A stretch of 64,000 nt of DNA from Candidatus Woesearchaeota archaeon (GCA_043803105.1 JAZDKJ010000006.1:320001-384000); one strand, 5' to 3'; positions 54,378-64,000 are shown, numbered from the stretch's first letter. Translations and numbers: made by a program. Notes: generated by a model from the letters alone, not told the origin.

Positions 54378-56549
54378 CTAACTTACCTCTGGCGCAACAA
54401 ACTGTGAATAATCGTTAACTGTGTAATCTACCTGTTTTGTCTTGCCGTCGCAGTTATCATCGACAGTGATCTTTCCGCTTAGCCTGCTGCCATCAATGAC
54501 TGTCTCAGTGATGCTGTTTACCTCAAGGTTCTGGTCTGAGAGGAAATCCACCATGCAGTAGAATTTTATTTTGCTGCCCCTTAGGCTGGTTGCTTTCCAT
54601 CCAAAGTTCCCGTTGCCAATTATCCAAGGTCCTTCGTAGTTGGAATGCGTCAAGGGATTGTTGTCAAAGTCCACTGTCACTGTGTTGTCTCCTTCTTTAT
54701 AGGTTGAGGGCTTTATGACCACGTTGCCTTTGGCCAGCATTCCCACCCGATAGTTTCCGCTTCCTATTATCATGCTCTTCATTGTTGGGTATAGGACAGT
54801 AGGGTTTGCAGACGCCCCGTTTATTGATATTGTTATCTCGTCTTTTGGCCTTGGCTGGTAGCGTGTTTCCTGCAACATTTCTTCAGGTGTTTTTCCGCAG
54901 CTGCTTCGTAAATATCCATTTGTCAGATAATAGTTCTCCAGGAATTTTCTTGCAAGCACAAGCTCCACTTCAATGCTGTAATTCTTCAGTTTCTCCAGTT
55001 TGTATTCGCTTTTTACAGCATCAACAATCGTGCTGTAACCTGCCTTCTGCAACTTAAGCTGGAGCCCTGCGCATTTCGGCAGCTTTAAGGAGGCTCTGCC
55101 GCTGGAGGCTGTCTCTCCTGCATCGCATTCGTTGATTGTGTTGTTGCATTGGAATCTGACACCAACTCCAGGCAATAATCCTGTTTCATTCGTTGTGACT
55201 ACACTAGCCTGCGTGCTTACGTTGTTGCAGTCAAAGACACTTTTCATGGTCTCGCTTCCGAAAAATGCTGTCAGGTTCACTTCGCTATATGGATTCTGTC
55301 CAGTGCACTGCCTGTTCTGGTTTCCGCACAGGAAGAGTTGCATCGGGAAATAAAACGAGAAGCCCTGTTTTTCCTGCACCAAATTACCAATAATCTTGGC
55401 AGAATCGCTGTCTGTGATTTTTATCACCACAGGATGTGTCAAGAAGTACTTGAACCTGTAATCATAAATGCAGAAGCTTGGGAGGAATGGTATGCTTGTC
55501 TGCGATTCCTTGTCCGGGCTAATCACGTTGCCGCTTGTGGGTTTGATGTCAAATTTGTTATCTGATTGTGCAGGGTAACTGAATTCTACGCTTATTGAGC
55601 TAAGATTTTCGAAATAATTCCTGATAAAGCTGTCATAAACTCCCTGGACTGAAGCGTCGTTTGAAATCACTCTTTCAAACTTTGTTCCGGCCATCTTTAG
55701 GTATGGAAAATTTTTTGAAAGTATGCCTTCAAGATTTTCCTTGACTTCATCTTTCGTCCATGTTACGTATTTGCAATCTGTGCTTGAGTCAGAGAAGCTG
55801 AACGGCGGAAGGTCTTTTGCTCCCTTTTCTGCCCCGGTATAGCTGTACAGAGAAATCAGTGACTTTGCGTGGTCTTCAAGATAAGTGTCTGCAAACTCTC
55901 TTGTGACTAATTCCATAGCTATCTCATGGATCAGCGCCAGGTTTACATCCACCTGATAATTGTAGTTGTCCACTTCATACTGTTTTTCGTTCTGTGTGAT
56001 CTGGATTGGCCAGTGAAGATCAATTGTTGCCTGTTTGCCGAACCTCACTGTGGTGTTTATTGTTCCAGTCTTGATAACATAACTTTTTTTTCTGAAGACC
56101 TCAAAGTCCGTGCATCTCGGCAGGTTTTCTGTGATGTATCTAGCTAGCTCATTTTGCATGTAATCTGTTGAAGGTACAGAAATCGAATCTTCGGTGATCC
56201 AGTAAGGGACCTTGTTCTTTCCTGTGGCGTCAATAACCTGAATCATGCTCCCAGTTTTAACCACAGTCCTATCGCCGCTTATGCCTGTTGTTTGTAGCTC
56301 GGTAGGAATGTATATGAACCCCGCCTGAAGCCCAAGGATTTCTATTCCTGAATTTGCATAATCACTTAGACACTGTTCCACATATGTCTTAACCTGTTGA
56401 GCAGGCTCTGCAAGTTGTAATGCCCTTACCTGTTCGACCTGGATTGGCTGCTCTGTTGTTCTTGCCCAGCTAAAGTAGAAGATTGCCGCAGCTATCAGCA
56501 TGATTATTCCGATGATTATGAATATGGTTATCTGTCCTCTTTTTTCCAT
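54378..56549 (-). CDS. Large surface protein with a class III (prepilin-type) signal peptide
   Basis: MEKRG-QITIFIIIGII; VKTYVEQCL...G...LG.Q.G. Confidence 0.8.
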   Translation of the reverse strand: MEKRGQITIFIIIGIIMLIAAAIFYFSWARTTEQPIQVEQVRALQLAEPAQQVKTYVEQCLSDYANSGIEILGLQAGFIYIPTELQTTGISGDRTVVKTGSMIQVIDATGKNKVPYWITEDSISVPSTDYMQNELARYITENLPRCTDFEVFRKKSYVIKTGTINTTVRFGKQATIDLHWPIQITQNEKQYEVDNYNYQVDVNLALIHEIAMELVTREFADTYLEDHAKSLISLYSYTGAEKGAKDLPPFSFSDSSTDCKYVTWTKDEVKENLEGILSKNFPYLKMAGTKFERVISNDASVQGVYDSFIRNYFENLSSISVEFSYPAQSDNKFDIKPTSGNVISPDKESQTSIPFLPSFCIYDYRFKYFLTHPVVIKITDSDSAKIIGNLVQEKQGFSFYFPMQLFLCGNQNRQCTGQNPYSEVNLTAFFGSETMKSVFDCNNVSTQASVVTTNETGLLPGVGVRFQCNNTINECDAGETASSGRASLKLPKCAGLQLKLQKAGYSTIVDAVKSEYKLEKLKNYSIEVELVLARKFLENYYLTNGYLRSSCGKTPEEMLQETRYQPRPKDEITISINGASANPTVLYPTMKSMIIGSGNYRVGMLAKGNVVIKPSTYKEGDNTVTVDFDNNPLTHSNYEGPWIIGNGNFGWKATSLRGSKIKFYCMVDFLSDQNLEVNSITETVIDGSRLSGKITVDDNCDGKTKQVDYTVNDYSQFVAPEVS

Positions 56550-57271
56550 ATGAACCTCTCTGTGTAATGAGCATAATAGTTTCGTGCCCAGCTGATTAGT
56601 GGCAGTGCTATCATAACCATCACTAACAGCTTGAAGAACTGGTCTAATCTAGGGAGCACAAGAAATCGCAATATCACAACCATGAATCCTATCACCGCGT
56701 AGGGAACCACAAATTTATGGAACCTGCATCCAGTCCAGAAAAGCGCCTTGATGGATTTTTTTATGCTCCGCGTTCTGGCATAAGAGAAAAGTATAATGGT
56801 GTTGAAGTGCAATGTAGCCATCCCAATGATGACAAACAGGACATTATTATTCAGTTTGATTATTGAAAACAAGGCAATTACGATTGCGACACATAACAGG
56901 CCATAGTTGAGCAACGCCATTTGCCAGAAGTCTTTCAAGGAAAATCTCGTGCCAACCAGCCTGCTCCATATAATCCCTTTGAAGAGGCTAAACTCCGCTA
57001 TTGCTGCCACAAAGAACAATCCTATCAAAATGAACAGCGTCGAAAGAAAACCTGCCAGCATATGTAACTGTTCCTGCGCATGGGCTGGGTCAATTGCTGC
57101 ATTTAGGTTTACCGGCGTGGTTGCCCTGACTGTCAATGCCCACACAAGAAAGGTGCAGAATAGCGTAGCATAGAAAAGCAGGTCATAGCCATAGGCCACT
57201 AGAATCTTCTTGACTTCAAGACTTTGCAGAAGAACCTTAAGTTCCTGCTTAAAATACCCTCTTTCAGTCAC
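56528..57271 (-). CDS. Integral membrane hypothetical protein
   Basis: About 6 hydrophobic segments. Confidence 0.7.
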   Translation of the reverse strand: MTERGYFKQELKVLLQSLEVKKILVAYGYDLLFYATLFCTFLVWALTVRATTPVNLNAAIDPAHAQEQLHMLAGFLSTLFILIGLFFVAAIAEFSLFKGIIWSRLVGTRFSLKDFWQMALLNYGLLCVAIVIALFSIIKLNNNVLFVIIGMATLHFNTIILFSYARTRSIKKSIKALFWTGCRFHKFVVPYAVIGFMVVILRFLVLPRLDQFFKLLVMVMIALPLISWARNYYAHYTERFIWKKEDR

Positions 57272-57297
57272 AGATCTTTCTCAGACTGCAGCCCTAT

Positions 57298-58005
57298 TTA
57301 TATCTTTTTATGGATGTCCTTTACCTTGCCGAAATCCAATATTTCTCCATCAGAGACCACATAGGCCTCAAAGTCCCGGATTTTATTGTATGGTCCTAAC
57401 AAATCATCGCTTGTGATGTCAGTTCCGTAGCTGGCTGAGCTGAATGATGGCATCACTATCAAGTCTGCCTTGCCATATTTTCCCTTCAGAAAACACTTGT
57501 AAGTCTCTGCCCTGGCCCCTTCCCTGATGGTTATTGCAGGATGCATATGCCCGATTATTATTGTCTTTGCTTTCTTTGGAATCTTCTGCTCGACATGCCC
57601 ATGCATGAGAAAGACATCATCTATCATTATGTTGTCCACTATCCGTACATTCTTTTTCTTTGCTATTGGTTCGAGTATGATGTCATGGTTGCCCTTGATT
57701 AGCGTGACTTTTGCTGACTTGCTTAAAAGATCAAGCACCTTCATTGTCTCTCTCCATTCCTGGCTAGACACCTCTCCAAATTCGTGCTTGACGTCGCCAT
57801 TTATGATGATATGTTCTGGTTTTGTTTTTGCCATTATCTTTTCGAGTTGTTTCAATAATTCGCGGAGCTGAAACCTAGGTATGAAGAAGCCCTGCTTGTT
57901 CAATGCCTCCTCAAAGCCAATGTGCAGGTCAGAAATGACCAGTGTCTTACATTTCTTAAGGTGCAAGGCAAGGTCGATTATCTCGATTCCAGGATGTATT
58001 TCCAT
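57298..58005 (-). CDS. Metallophosphoesterase (COG1407 / Lhr-associated type)
   Basis: SDLHIGFE, NGDVKH, KGNHD, HGH, GHMHP, MPSF. Confidence 0.92.
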   Translation of the reverse strand: MEIHPGIEIIDLALHLKKCKTLVISDLHIGFEEALNKQGFFIPRFQLRELLKQLEKIMAKTKPEHIIINGDVKHEFGEVSSQEWRETMKVLDLLSKSAKVTLIKGNHDIILEPIAKKKNVRIVDNIMIDDVFLMHGHVEQKIPKKAKTIIIGHMHPAITIREGARAETYKCFLKGKYGKADLIVMPSFSSASYGTDITSDDLLGPYNKIRDFEAYVVSDGEILDFGKVKDIHKKI

Positions 58006-58076
58006 GAGCTGTGCAAAACCAGGTGGCTATAAAAGCTTTAGTAAAAAATATAAACCCTGATTGCCCGCCTTGTATT

Positions 58077-58433
58077 ATGAGAGAAACACAGGAGATAATA
58101 AAGAAATTCAATGATGAGCGGGCTTGGAGCACCCCACACAGCATCAAGGACCTGATGCTTAACATGAACGAGGAGATCGGCGAGTTCTGGACCTTGATAA
58201 AATAGGTTGACATCCCAACTCAGCAGAGGCTCATAAAAGAGAACAAAGCTGAGGTCGAGAATTTTGTTGGTGACATGATTTATCTCATCCTCAAGATAGC
58301 CTATCTTTGCGAAATAGATTCCAAAAAGGCCATTGATGATGTAATGCAGGAATATGAGATGCGCTTCCCAAAGGAGCAGACTAAGGGCAGGCACGGCAAC
58401 AAGCTTGCAGGCGGCATCGACCTTAAAGAATAA
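58077..58433 (+). pseudogene. MazG-like (dCTPase-type) nucleotide pyrophosphatase interrupted by an in-frame TAG at 58203-58205
   Basis: KFNDER.W...KDL...EEIGE..LIK*VD...EVENFVGD..YL...ID...RFP continues in frame to TAA 58433. Confidence 0.75.
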
Positions 58434-58435
58434 AT

Positions 58436-58567
58436 TTATTCCAGCACAAAGCCGCACTTCTTGCAGAACAATTCATCATTTTCAAAGACTACGCTGTCGC
58501 TTCCGCACTCAGGGCAGGTCTTCTCCTTGTCCTCGTTCTTCAAGTCATTAAGTGAGTGCTCATTCAT
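58436..58567 (-). CDS. 43-aa stand-alone TFIIB-type zinc ribbon
   Basis: KTCPECGSDSVVFENDELFCKKCGFVLE; ATGA-coupled to the upstream gene; not in the ORF track. Confidence 0.75.
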   Translation of the reverse strand: MNEHSLNDLKNEDKEKTCPECGSDSVVFENDELFCKKCGFVLE

Positions 58568-58737
58568 TGCTCTTCCTCTTCAAGCATTTTTTTAACCCTT
58601 CGTGCCTTTTCTTCGACTTTTTCCAGGAGCTCAAGGTCGCTGAAATTCTCTTTTGCACAGCTGTCGCAATAATAGTCAGAAGTGTCCTTTATCTGGAACT
58701 GGGCATCGGTGCCGCAGATGATGCATTTCTTGGGCAT
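58564..58737 (-). CDS. Small zinc-finger protein
   Basis: MPKKCIICG.....YYCDSCA.E.F. Confidence 0.75.
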   Translation of the reverse strand: MPKKCIICGTDAQFQIKDTSDYYCDSCAKENFSDLELLEKVEEKARRVKKMLEEEEQ

Positions 58738-58807
58738 GAGATTCTTACAATGTTTGTGCTGCTTAAAAAGGTTTTGGTTTTGCTTTTGCGGTTTTAAGTC
58801 GACAGAA

Positions 58808-59083
58808 TCATTCAAGCCCAAAGGATTCGACAAACTCTGTGATCAGTTTGTACTTGTTCAGGTATTCGTATCCCTTTTCGGTTAGCGAGTAGGTTCTTCC
58901 GTCCTTTGTGGTGTGCTGTACCATGAATCCTTTTCCCATGAGTTCAGTCAGGTACTCGTCCATCATGACATGGGAAAGGTTTGATTTGTAGAGTATGTGT
59001 GTGGGCTTTATTCTGCCGTCTCTCTCCCTTATGGCATTCAGGATGTCATGTATTACCTGAAGCCTGTCCCGCTTCTTGCTCAT
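58808..59083 (-). CDS. Winged-helix transcription regulator (ArnR1-like / HTH_45)
   Basis: KRDRLQVIHDIL, THILYKSNLS, YSLTEKG. Confidence 0.88.
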   Translation of the reverse strand: MSKKRDRLQVIHDILNAIRERDGRIKPTHILYKSNLSHVMMDEYLTELMGKGFMVQHTTKDGRTYSLTEKGYEYLNKYKLITEFVESFGLE

Positions 59084-59742
59084 TTTTTTACAATCAAAAT
59101 AAGATCTATAAGTATCAAGATATATGCTATCATCTCAAGGCCGTGCGCGATGAAGTAAAAAACTGCGTGGTTGACCGAGAAAATAAAGTGTATGCTTCCA
59201 AACAGGAGGAATGTAAACGCAACAAATACCATCAAGGTTTTTCCTTGCTTGTTTCCAAGAAAATTCATAAGGTAGTGTGATGTCACAAATATCAGAAGTA
59301 TGCTTGAAATGATGTAGTATGCATACAGTTTGTTTGCACTGAGCAGAAGCGCAAAAAGGGAGAGCAGGAACACCAAATACCAGAGCTTCGGGCCTCTTGT
59401 TTTGAATGACATGTAGACAAGAGTGACAAGCGCTGTTATGAACAGTAGGATATGCGTGTAAATGCCCACAAAATTGAGAATTGCAACATTGTTCAGCTGT
59501 ATGAGCCTTGAGATGCCTTCGTTTAGCTCGGTCATGACTGCGTAATTCATTGCAGATTGCACAAAATACGCAATTGAAAACAGCAAGAACGCTATTCCAA
59601 AAAGCCTGGATTGTTTTTGGTCGGAAAGCTTGTACACCTTAAAGGCAAAGATACTTACTGCCATGGTGATGATAGCAAAAGTGAACTGCAGCGCAACATC
59701 GTAACCAAGAAACCAGGCCGGTATTAGGTAAATATGAGGCAT
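59080..59742 (-). CDS. Seven-TM membrane protein coupled to the wHTH regulator
   Basis: About 7 hydrophobic helices; ATGA overlap with the wHTH gene. Confidence 0.8.
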   Translation of the reverse strand: MPHIYLIPAWFLGYDVALQFTFAIITMAVSIFAFKVYKLSDQKQSRLFGIAFLLFSIAYFVQSAMNYAVMTELNEGISRLIQLNNVAILNFVGIYTHILLFITALVTLVYMSFKTRGPKLWYLVFLLSLFALLLSANKLYAYYIISSILLIFVTSHYLMNFLGNKQGKTLMVFVAFTFLLFGSIHFIFSVNHAVFYFIAHGLEMIAYILILIDLILIVKK

Positions 59743-59879
59743 TTATCCTTGATAAACAGTCTGCCTTTTTTAAGGTTTATGGAACATTCTTTCAGAATAA
59801 TCTTCAGTATAACTCTTTAACAACGAATAAATAAAAGCCTTTGCTATTGATTTCTAACAGCTAAATGGAGGTGGGTGTA

Positions 59880-59999
59880 ATGAAAACCCGTCAAGACTAT
59901 ACGCATGAATTGAAGGCCAAGGAGGCAAGGATATCTGCATATGAGCCTGACTACATCAGGACAATTTATGACTTTGACTTTGAGGAGGTGCAAGCATGA
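59880..59999 (+). CDS. 39-aa microprotein
   Basis: MKTRQDYTHELKAKEARISAYEPDYIRTIYDFDFEEVQA; GGAGGTG ribosome-binding site. Confidence 0.6.
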   Translation: MKTRQDYTHELKAKEARISAYEPDYIRTIYDFDFEEVQA

Positions 60000-60115
60000 G
60001 GGTCGAGGATTATGAGTTCCTGCTTGTGGGCGACATATACCATTGGCAGCTGGATGGGCAGGGCCGCATTATGATTATGGAGAACGTCAGCCAAAAGCCT
60101 GCTACGTCTTATTAA
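59996..60115 (+). CDS. 39-aa microprotein
   Basis: MRVEDYEFLLVGDIYHWQLDGQGRIMIMENVSQKPATSY; GAGGAGGTG ribosome-binding site; ATGA overlap. Confidence 0.6.
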   Translation: MRVEDYEFLLVGDIYHWQLDGQGRIMIMENVSQKPATSY

Positions 60116-60185
60116 AATTTTATTTTTATTGTTCAAACAAAGGCTTATCTATTTGATAAGGTCAAATTGTAGTTGAGGTGAAAAT

Positions 60186-60416
60186 ATGCCTATGATGTAT
60201 GATTATGGTTACGGCCATGGATGGGGATCCTTCGGAGCCTTTTGGATGATAGTCTTTTGGGCTGCATTGATTTGGTTTATTGTCTGGCTCGTAAGGAGGA
60301 GCGATTGGCACTCGATGCGCGGCACAGAATCCTTAGAGATTGTAAGGCAAAGATACGCAAAAGGAGATATAACCAAGAAGCAGTTTGATGAGATGAAAAA
60401 GGACCTTAATGGTTAA
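60186..60416 (+). CDS. SHOCT-domain membrane protein
   Basis: TM helix then LEIVRQRYAKGDITKKQFDEMK. Confidence 0.9.
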   Translation: MPMMYDYGYGHGWGSFGAFWMIVFWAALIWFIVWLVRRSDWHSMRGTESLEIVRQRYAKGDITKKQFDEMKKDLNG

Positions 60417-63270
60417 TTCTTTGCTTGACCAGTTCTGATAACTCTTTCGGCCATTTTTCAATCTCAGATTTTTTCTTTCTTAAGAATTCAATAAATCCAT
60501 CTTTAACTTCCCTTCCTTCTATCATTTCTGCCAATTGTTCCTTCTCTGTTATTGAAAGCCCCTCGATGTTCCATGCTTGCATCTTAAGGCTGTCGATTTT
60601 GTCTTCTTTTTCTGCCTCAAGTTTTTCTTCCTGCTCTATCCAAAGCTCTTCATAGCTCTTGATTTTGTTCTCTGGCTGCTTCTTTCCCTGTTTCAAAGAT
60701 ATTTTTGCCAGTACCATCTCGTGCATTCTTTTCAGGAACTCCATCCTGTCCTCGATTTTCAACAGGTCTGTGTAGCCCTGCACTATGAGGTTGAAGGCGA
60801 ACGGGCTTGGCACTGTTGTTGCGTATTGCTGGATCTTTATCTTGCCATCTTCGATTTGCTTTAGCACAATGCTTGCGCTTTTTTCGTCCATCAGGTCTTC
60901 AAGCACCTCTCTTCGTGCCTCTTCGAGTATCGGAAATCTTGGGTTTATCCTCCTTACAGCGCTTATAAGTATTGTGGATGATACTTGCTGTCTCCCCACC
61001 CTTTGCGTCCTTCCCTTATATTGCCTTAGTATCATTAATGCCCTTGTTGCGCAGTGCCTAAACCTTCTTTTCAGTACCTCGCTCGTTTCTATTGCGTTTC
61101 TTAACACCAGGTCCAGCTTTTCTGATTTCAATAGCTCAAAGGCCTTCATCACATTGACCTTCTGATTGGTCATCAGGTAGAATCCATTGTCGTTGATTCC
61201 TACTGAAACATCCCTGTGGCTAACCCTTGATACTGCAAATCCTACCGCCCTTGATAGTGCGTCGTTTACCCTTCTCCCAAACAGGCTGTGCAGCAGGTAG
61301 TATGTTTGCTTGCCGTCGTTGTAGGTTTCCATGATTATTGACTTGTCTGTTGGTATTTCCAGGTACTCTGCCTGTTCTTTGAAATAATTGTATAATGCTT
61401 TCGCTGCTTTGCTGTCCACGTAAAGGTACTGGTTGATGAAGCCCATAACCTCTTCCTCGTTCTGCCTGGCTGAAAATTTCTCTTTGATTAATCTCCTGAA
61501 TCTGCCTATTTCTAAAGCAAGGTCAAAGCTTAATGGCAGCATCTCTGAGAACCATGATGGTATTGTTGGCGGCCTATACACTGATGTTCTCACGTACGCA
61601 ACCATGCCCTTTGCGTACAGGAACTCATATTTTTCCCCTCCCAAGACAAATACGTCTCCCTTTTTTAGCCTTTCAAGGAAAGCCTCGTCTATCTGTCCTA
61701 TTGCCTGCTCACCTATCTTCACTGTTATGTACATCTCGTCTGGTATCGTTCCTATGTTTGTCATGTAGATTACCCTGCCGAGCCTTCCTTTTTTCCCTAT
61801 CATATTGCTTTCAGGGTCATACCATATCTTTGCGTAGATGTGCCTGTCTTCGAGCGATGTGAACTTTCCCGCAAGGTATTGGAGTATATCGATGTAGTCC
61901 TTTCTTTGCAGGTCTTTGAACGGGTAGCTCTGCTTGATTATTTTGAAAAGCTCGTCAACATTCCATTTCTGCTCTAAGGCAAAACCATCTATCTGCTGTG
62001 CAAGCACGTCAAGGCAGTTTGTTGGCAGGTGTATCTTGTCAATCTTTTTCTCTATTGCGCACTTTAGCAATACTGAGCATTCCACCAGGTCGTCCCTGTC
62101 AAGCACTATTATCCTTGCCTTGACCTTGTCGTGCAGTTTGTGTCCTGACCTTCCTGCTCTCTGAAGAAATCTTGCTACTGACTTTGGCGAGCCAAGGCAG
62201 ATTACAAGGTCTATGTATCCTATGTCTATGCCAAGCTCCAGGGAGGTGCTTGACACAATGACCTTGAGCTCTCCATTTCTTAGTCTGGTTTCTATGTCAT
62301 GCCTGAGTGTTTTCGACAATGACCCATGGTGCGCTCCTATGTTTGAGGTGTACTTTTGCGGCCACCTGTCCTTGAGATGGTCGATTACTCTCTCTGTTGC
62401 CGACCTTGTGTTTGTAAATATGAGTGTTGTCCTATGGCTTTGCACCAGGTTGTCTATGAGCTCATACATTTTCTGGTGCATTACGCTGTGAGGCGTGCTT
62501 ATCAGGTCTTCAACTGGTGACATTACTTTCAGGTCCATTTCCTTTAGGAATTGCACGTCTGCTATTTTGCAGTCTCTTGGTTTATCATCCTTGAAGCCTA
62601 CCAGGAACAATGCAATCTCTTCTAATGGTGCGATTGTTGCGGAGAGGCCTATCCTTGTCATGTGCGGAGATAAGTAGTCAAGCCTTTCCAAAGACAATGA
62701 TAAATGAACACCCCTCTTGTTCTCCGCTAACGCATGTATTTCGTCTACTACACACCACTCCACTGCCTTGAGGTGGTCCCTAAACTTAGGTGAGGTCAGC
62801 ATGATGGCAAGGCTTTCAGGTGTTGTGATCAATATGTGCGGCGGCTTCCTTAGCATCTTTTGCTTTTCCGCTGTCGTTGTGTCTCCTGTCCTGACCCCTA
62901 CTCTTATCCCAAGCTTTTTTCCTGCAGCCTCTTCCATTTCTTTCAAAGGTTCCACAAGGTTGTGCTGGATGTCGTTTCCGAGTGCCTTTAGCGGGCTCAC
63001 GTAAACGCAGTAGATTTTATCCTGCAAAATTTCCTTTTGGGAGGAGTCTATTAGCTCGTTCAGAATCGATAGAAATGCTGTAAGTGTCTTTGTCGCTCCT
63101 GTCGGAGCGCTGACTAGGATGTTTGCCCTGGAGTGTATCTCCATCACCCCAAAGAGCTGCGGCAGTGAGAACTTCTCGAATTTCTTGAAGAACCATTCCT
63201 TAACGATTGGATTGAGGATTTGTTTCAGTTCTTCTTCAGTATTGGCTTTAACCTTATGCTCTATCATCAA
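60406..63270 (-). CDS. lhr: Lhr-family ATP-dependent helicase
   Basis: APTGATKT, SPLKAL, TTPESL, DEIH, GLSAT, HHGSLS, LELGID.G, QRAGRSGH. Confidence 0.96.
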   Translation of the reverse strand: MMIEHKVKANTEEELKQILNPIVKEWFFKKFEKFSLPQLFGVMEIHSRANILVSAPTGATKTLTAFLSILNELIDSSQKEILQDKIYCVYVSPLKALGNDIQHNLVEPLKEMEEAAGKKLGIRVGVRTGDTTTAEKQKMLRKPPHILITTPESLAIMLTSPKFRDHLKAVEWCVVDEIHALAENKRGVHLSLSLERLDYLSPHMTRIGLSATIAPLEEIALFLVGFKDDKPRDCKIADVQFLKEMDLKVMSPVEDLISTPHSVMHQKMYELIDNLVQSHRTTLIFTNTRSATERVIDHLKDRWPQKYTSNIGAHHGSLSKTLRHDIETRLRNGELKVIVSSTSLELGIDIGYIDLVICLGSPKSVARFLQRAGRSGHKLHDKVKARIIVLDRDDLVECSVLLKCAIEKKIDKIHLPTNCLDVLAQQIDGFALEQKWNVDELFKIIKQSYPFKDLQRKDYIDILQYLAGKFTSLEDRHIYAKIWYDPESNMIGKKGRLGRVIYMTNIGTIPDEMYITVKIGEQAIGQIDEAFLERLKKGDVFVLGGEKYEFLYAKGMVAYVRTSVYRPPTIPSWFSEMLPLSFDLALEIGRFRRLIKEKFSARQNEEEVMGFINQYLYVDSKAAKALYNYFKEQAEYLEIPTDKSIIMETYNDGKQTYYLLHSLFGRRVNDALSRAVGFAVSRVSHRDVSVGINDNGFYLMTNQKVNVMKAFELLKSEKLDLVLRNAIETSEVLKRRFRHCATRALMILRQYKGRTQRVGRQQVSSTILISAVRRINPRFPILEEARREVLEDLMDEKSASIVLKQIEDGKIKIQQYATTVPSPFAFNLIVQGYTDLLKIEDRMEFLKRMHEMVLAKISLKQGKKQPENKIKSYEELWIEQEEKLEAEKEDKIDSLKMQAWNIEGLSITEKEQLAEMIEGREVKDGFIEFLRKKKSEIEKWPKELSELVKQRINH

Positions 63271-63379
63271 ATACTCAAGAAATTCTGTTGTTTAAAAAGG
63301 TTGGTTTCAATTGGTAATCCACAAACTGACTCAAAGTTATGAAAACTTATATATACTGATCATTTGATATAACAAAACC

Positions 63380-63631
63380 ATGAAGAAGGCAATAATCATT
63401 TCAATAATGCTGTTGGTAATGCTGGTTGCCGGATGCAAAGAAAAAACATTAGAAACTGGACCTGAAACACCTTGCACAACTGACAATGACTGCTGGTGTA
63501 GGTCTTATACCGGCCTAGGTTTTATAGCAGGGAAGGGTCCAAGCAGATGTTGCACAGAAGAACTACAAGAAAATATGAACCAAAAAATCTGTCCTGCTGT
63601 CAACAAATGCAAGCGATGTTTATATCAATAA
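63380..63631 (+). CDS. Small Cys-rich lipoprotein
   Basis: LVAGC lipobox followed by 8 further Cys. Confidence 0.65.
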   Translation: MKKAIIISIMLLVMLVAGCKEKTLETGPETPCTTDNDCWCRSYTGLGFIAGKGPSRCCTEELQENMNQKICPAVNKCKRCLYQ

Positions 63632-63650
63632 TGCTCCTTGGCATCACTTT

Positions 63651-64000
63651 TCACACCAACTCACTTTGCAGTATATTTAACAGATACCCAGTAAAGATTA
63701 TTGCCAGAGTTGTTATTCCAAAAAATATTCCTATCAATTTTAGATTCATAGCCCTTCTAAGCATGATTGCTTCAGGCAGGCTTAAGGCAGCTACCGCCAT
63801 CATGAAAGCCAATGCAGTCCCCAAAGGGATTCCTTTTTGGAAGAGCACCACTGCAATCGGGACGATTGCTGCACAGCTGCCATACATTGGAACTCCTATC
63901 AACGTGGCTATTGGTACTGAAAAAATGCCTCCCTTGCTTATCAATCCTTGAATCAATTCAGAAGGCACATAGTTGTGGATTGCCGCTCCGACCCCTACTC
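63651..64000 (-). CDS. Permease (DUF318/ArsP family), C-terminal part
   Basis: IHNYVP, GVPMY, KG.P.GT.LAFMM...LSLPE. Confidence 0.9.
   Translation of the reverse strand, partial: VGVGAAIHNYVPSELIQGLISKGGIFSVPIATLIGVPMYGSCAAIVPIAVVLFQKGIPLGTALAFMMAVAALSLPEAIMLRRAMNLKLIGIFFGITTLAIIFTGYLLNILQSELV

Noticed and set aside
32885-58205. TAG recoding suggested by in-frame TAGs in the DUF1846 fragment and the MazG-like gene
   Set aside because: TAG ends several normal genes here (Ham1, polB2, rpoK, tatA), and the DUF1846 fragment is also frameshifted and truncated
1-64000. CRISPR array, rRNA, integrase or transposase, provirus
   Set aside because: No regularly spaced repeats or recognisable motifs for these were seen

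Overview
Archaeal chromosomal segment, most consistent with a DPANN archaeon such as Woesearchaeota/Nanobdellota (inferred from gene content, not from a phylogeny). Core genes include the class I CCA-adding enzyme, Pth2, the Pop5-proteasome alpha-SBDS-exosome-RpoK operon, the Gins/L44e/S27e/aIF2a/Nop10/PAC2 cluster, an S-layer gene plus a mini paralogue, the rpoH-B''-B'-A'-A''-L30e-NusA-S12-S7 operon, Lhr helicase with its metallophosphoesterase, and four tRNA genes carrying eight introns. Main unusual signals: (1) a PolB2 polymerase fused, after its PIP box, to an intact VRR-NUC-like nuclease, with its RadA-like/small helical partner gene 2 kb away behind a homologous promoter; (2) an AmmeMemoRadiSam locus with export signals, a membrane spermidine-synthase-like protein and tatA/tatC, inserted between nop10 and PAC2; (3) multi-intron tRNAs with signs of intron transfer between the two tRNA-Lys genes; (4) a catalytically dead free-standing LAGLIDADG protein; (5) several duplicated promoter or gene-end segments flanking insertions. 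No CRISPR array, rRNA, integrase or transposase was seen. All family calls come from motifs recognised by eye; no searches were run.
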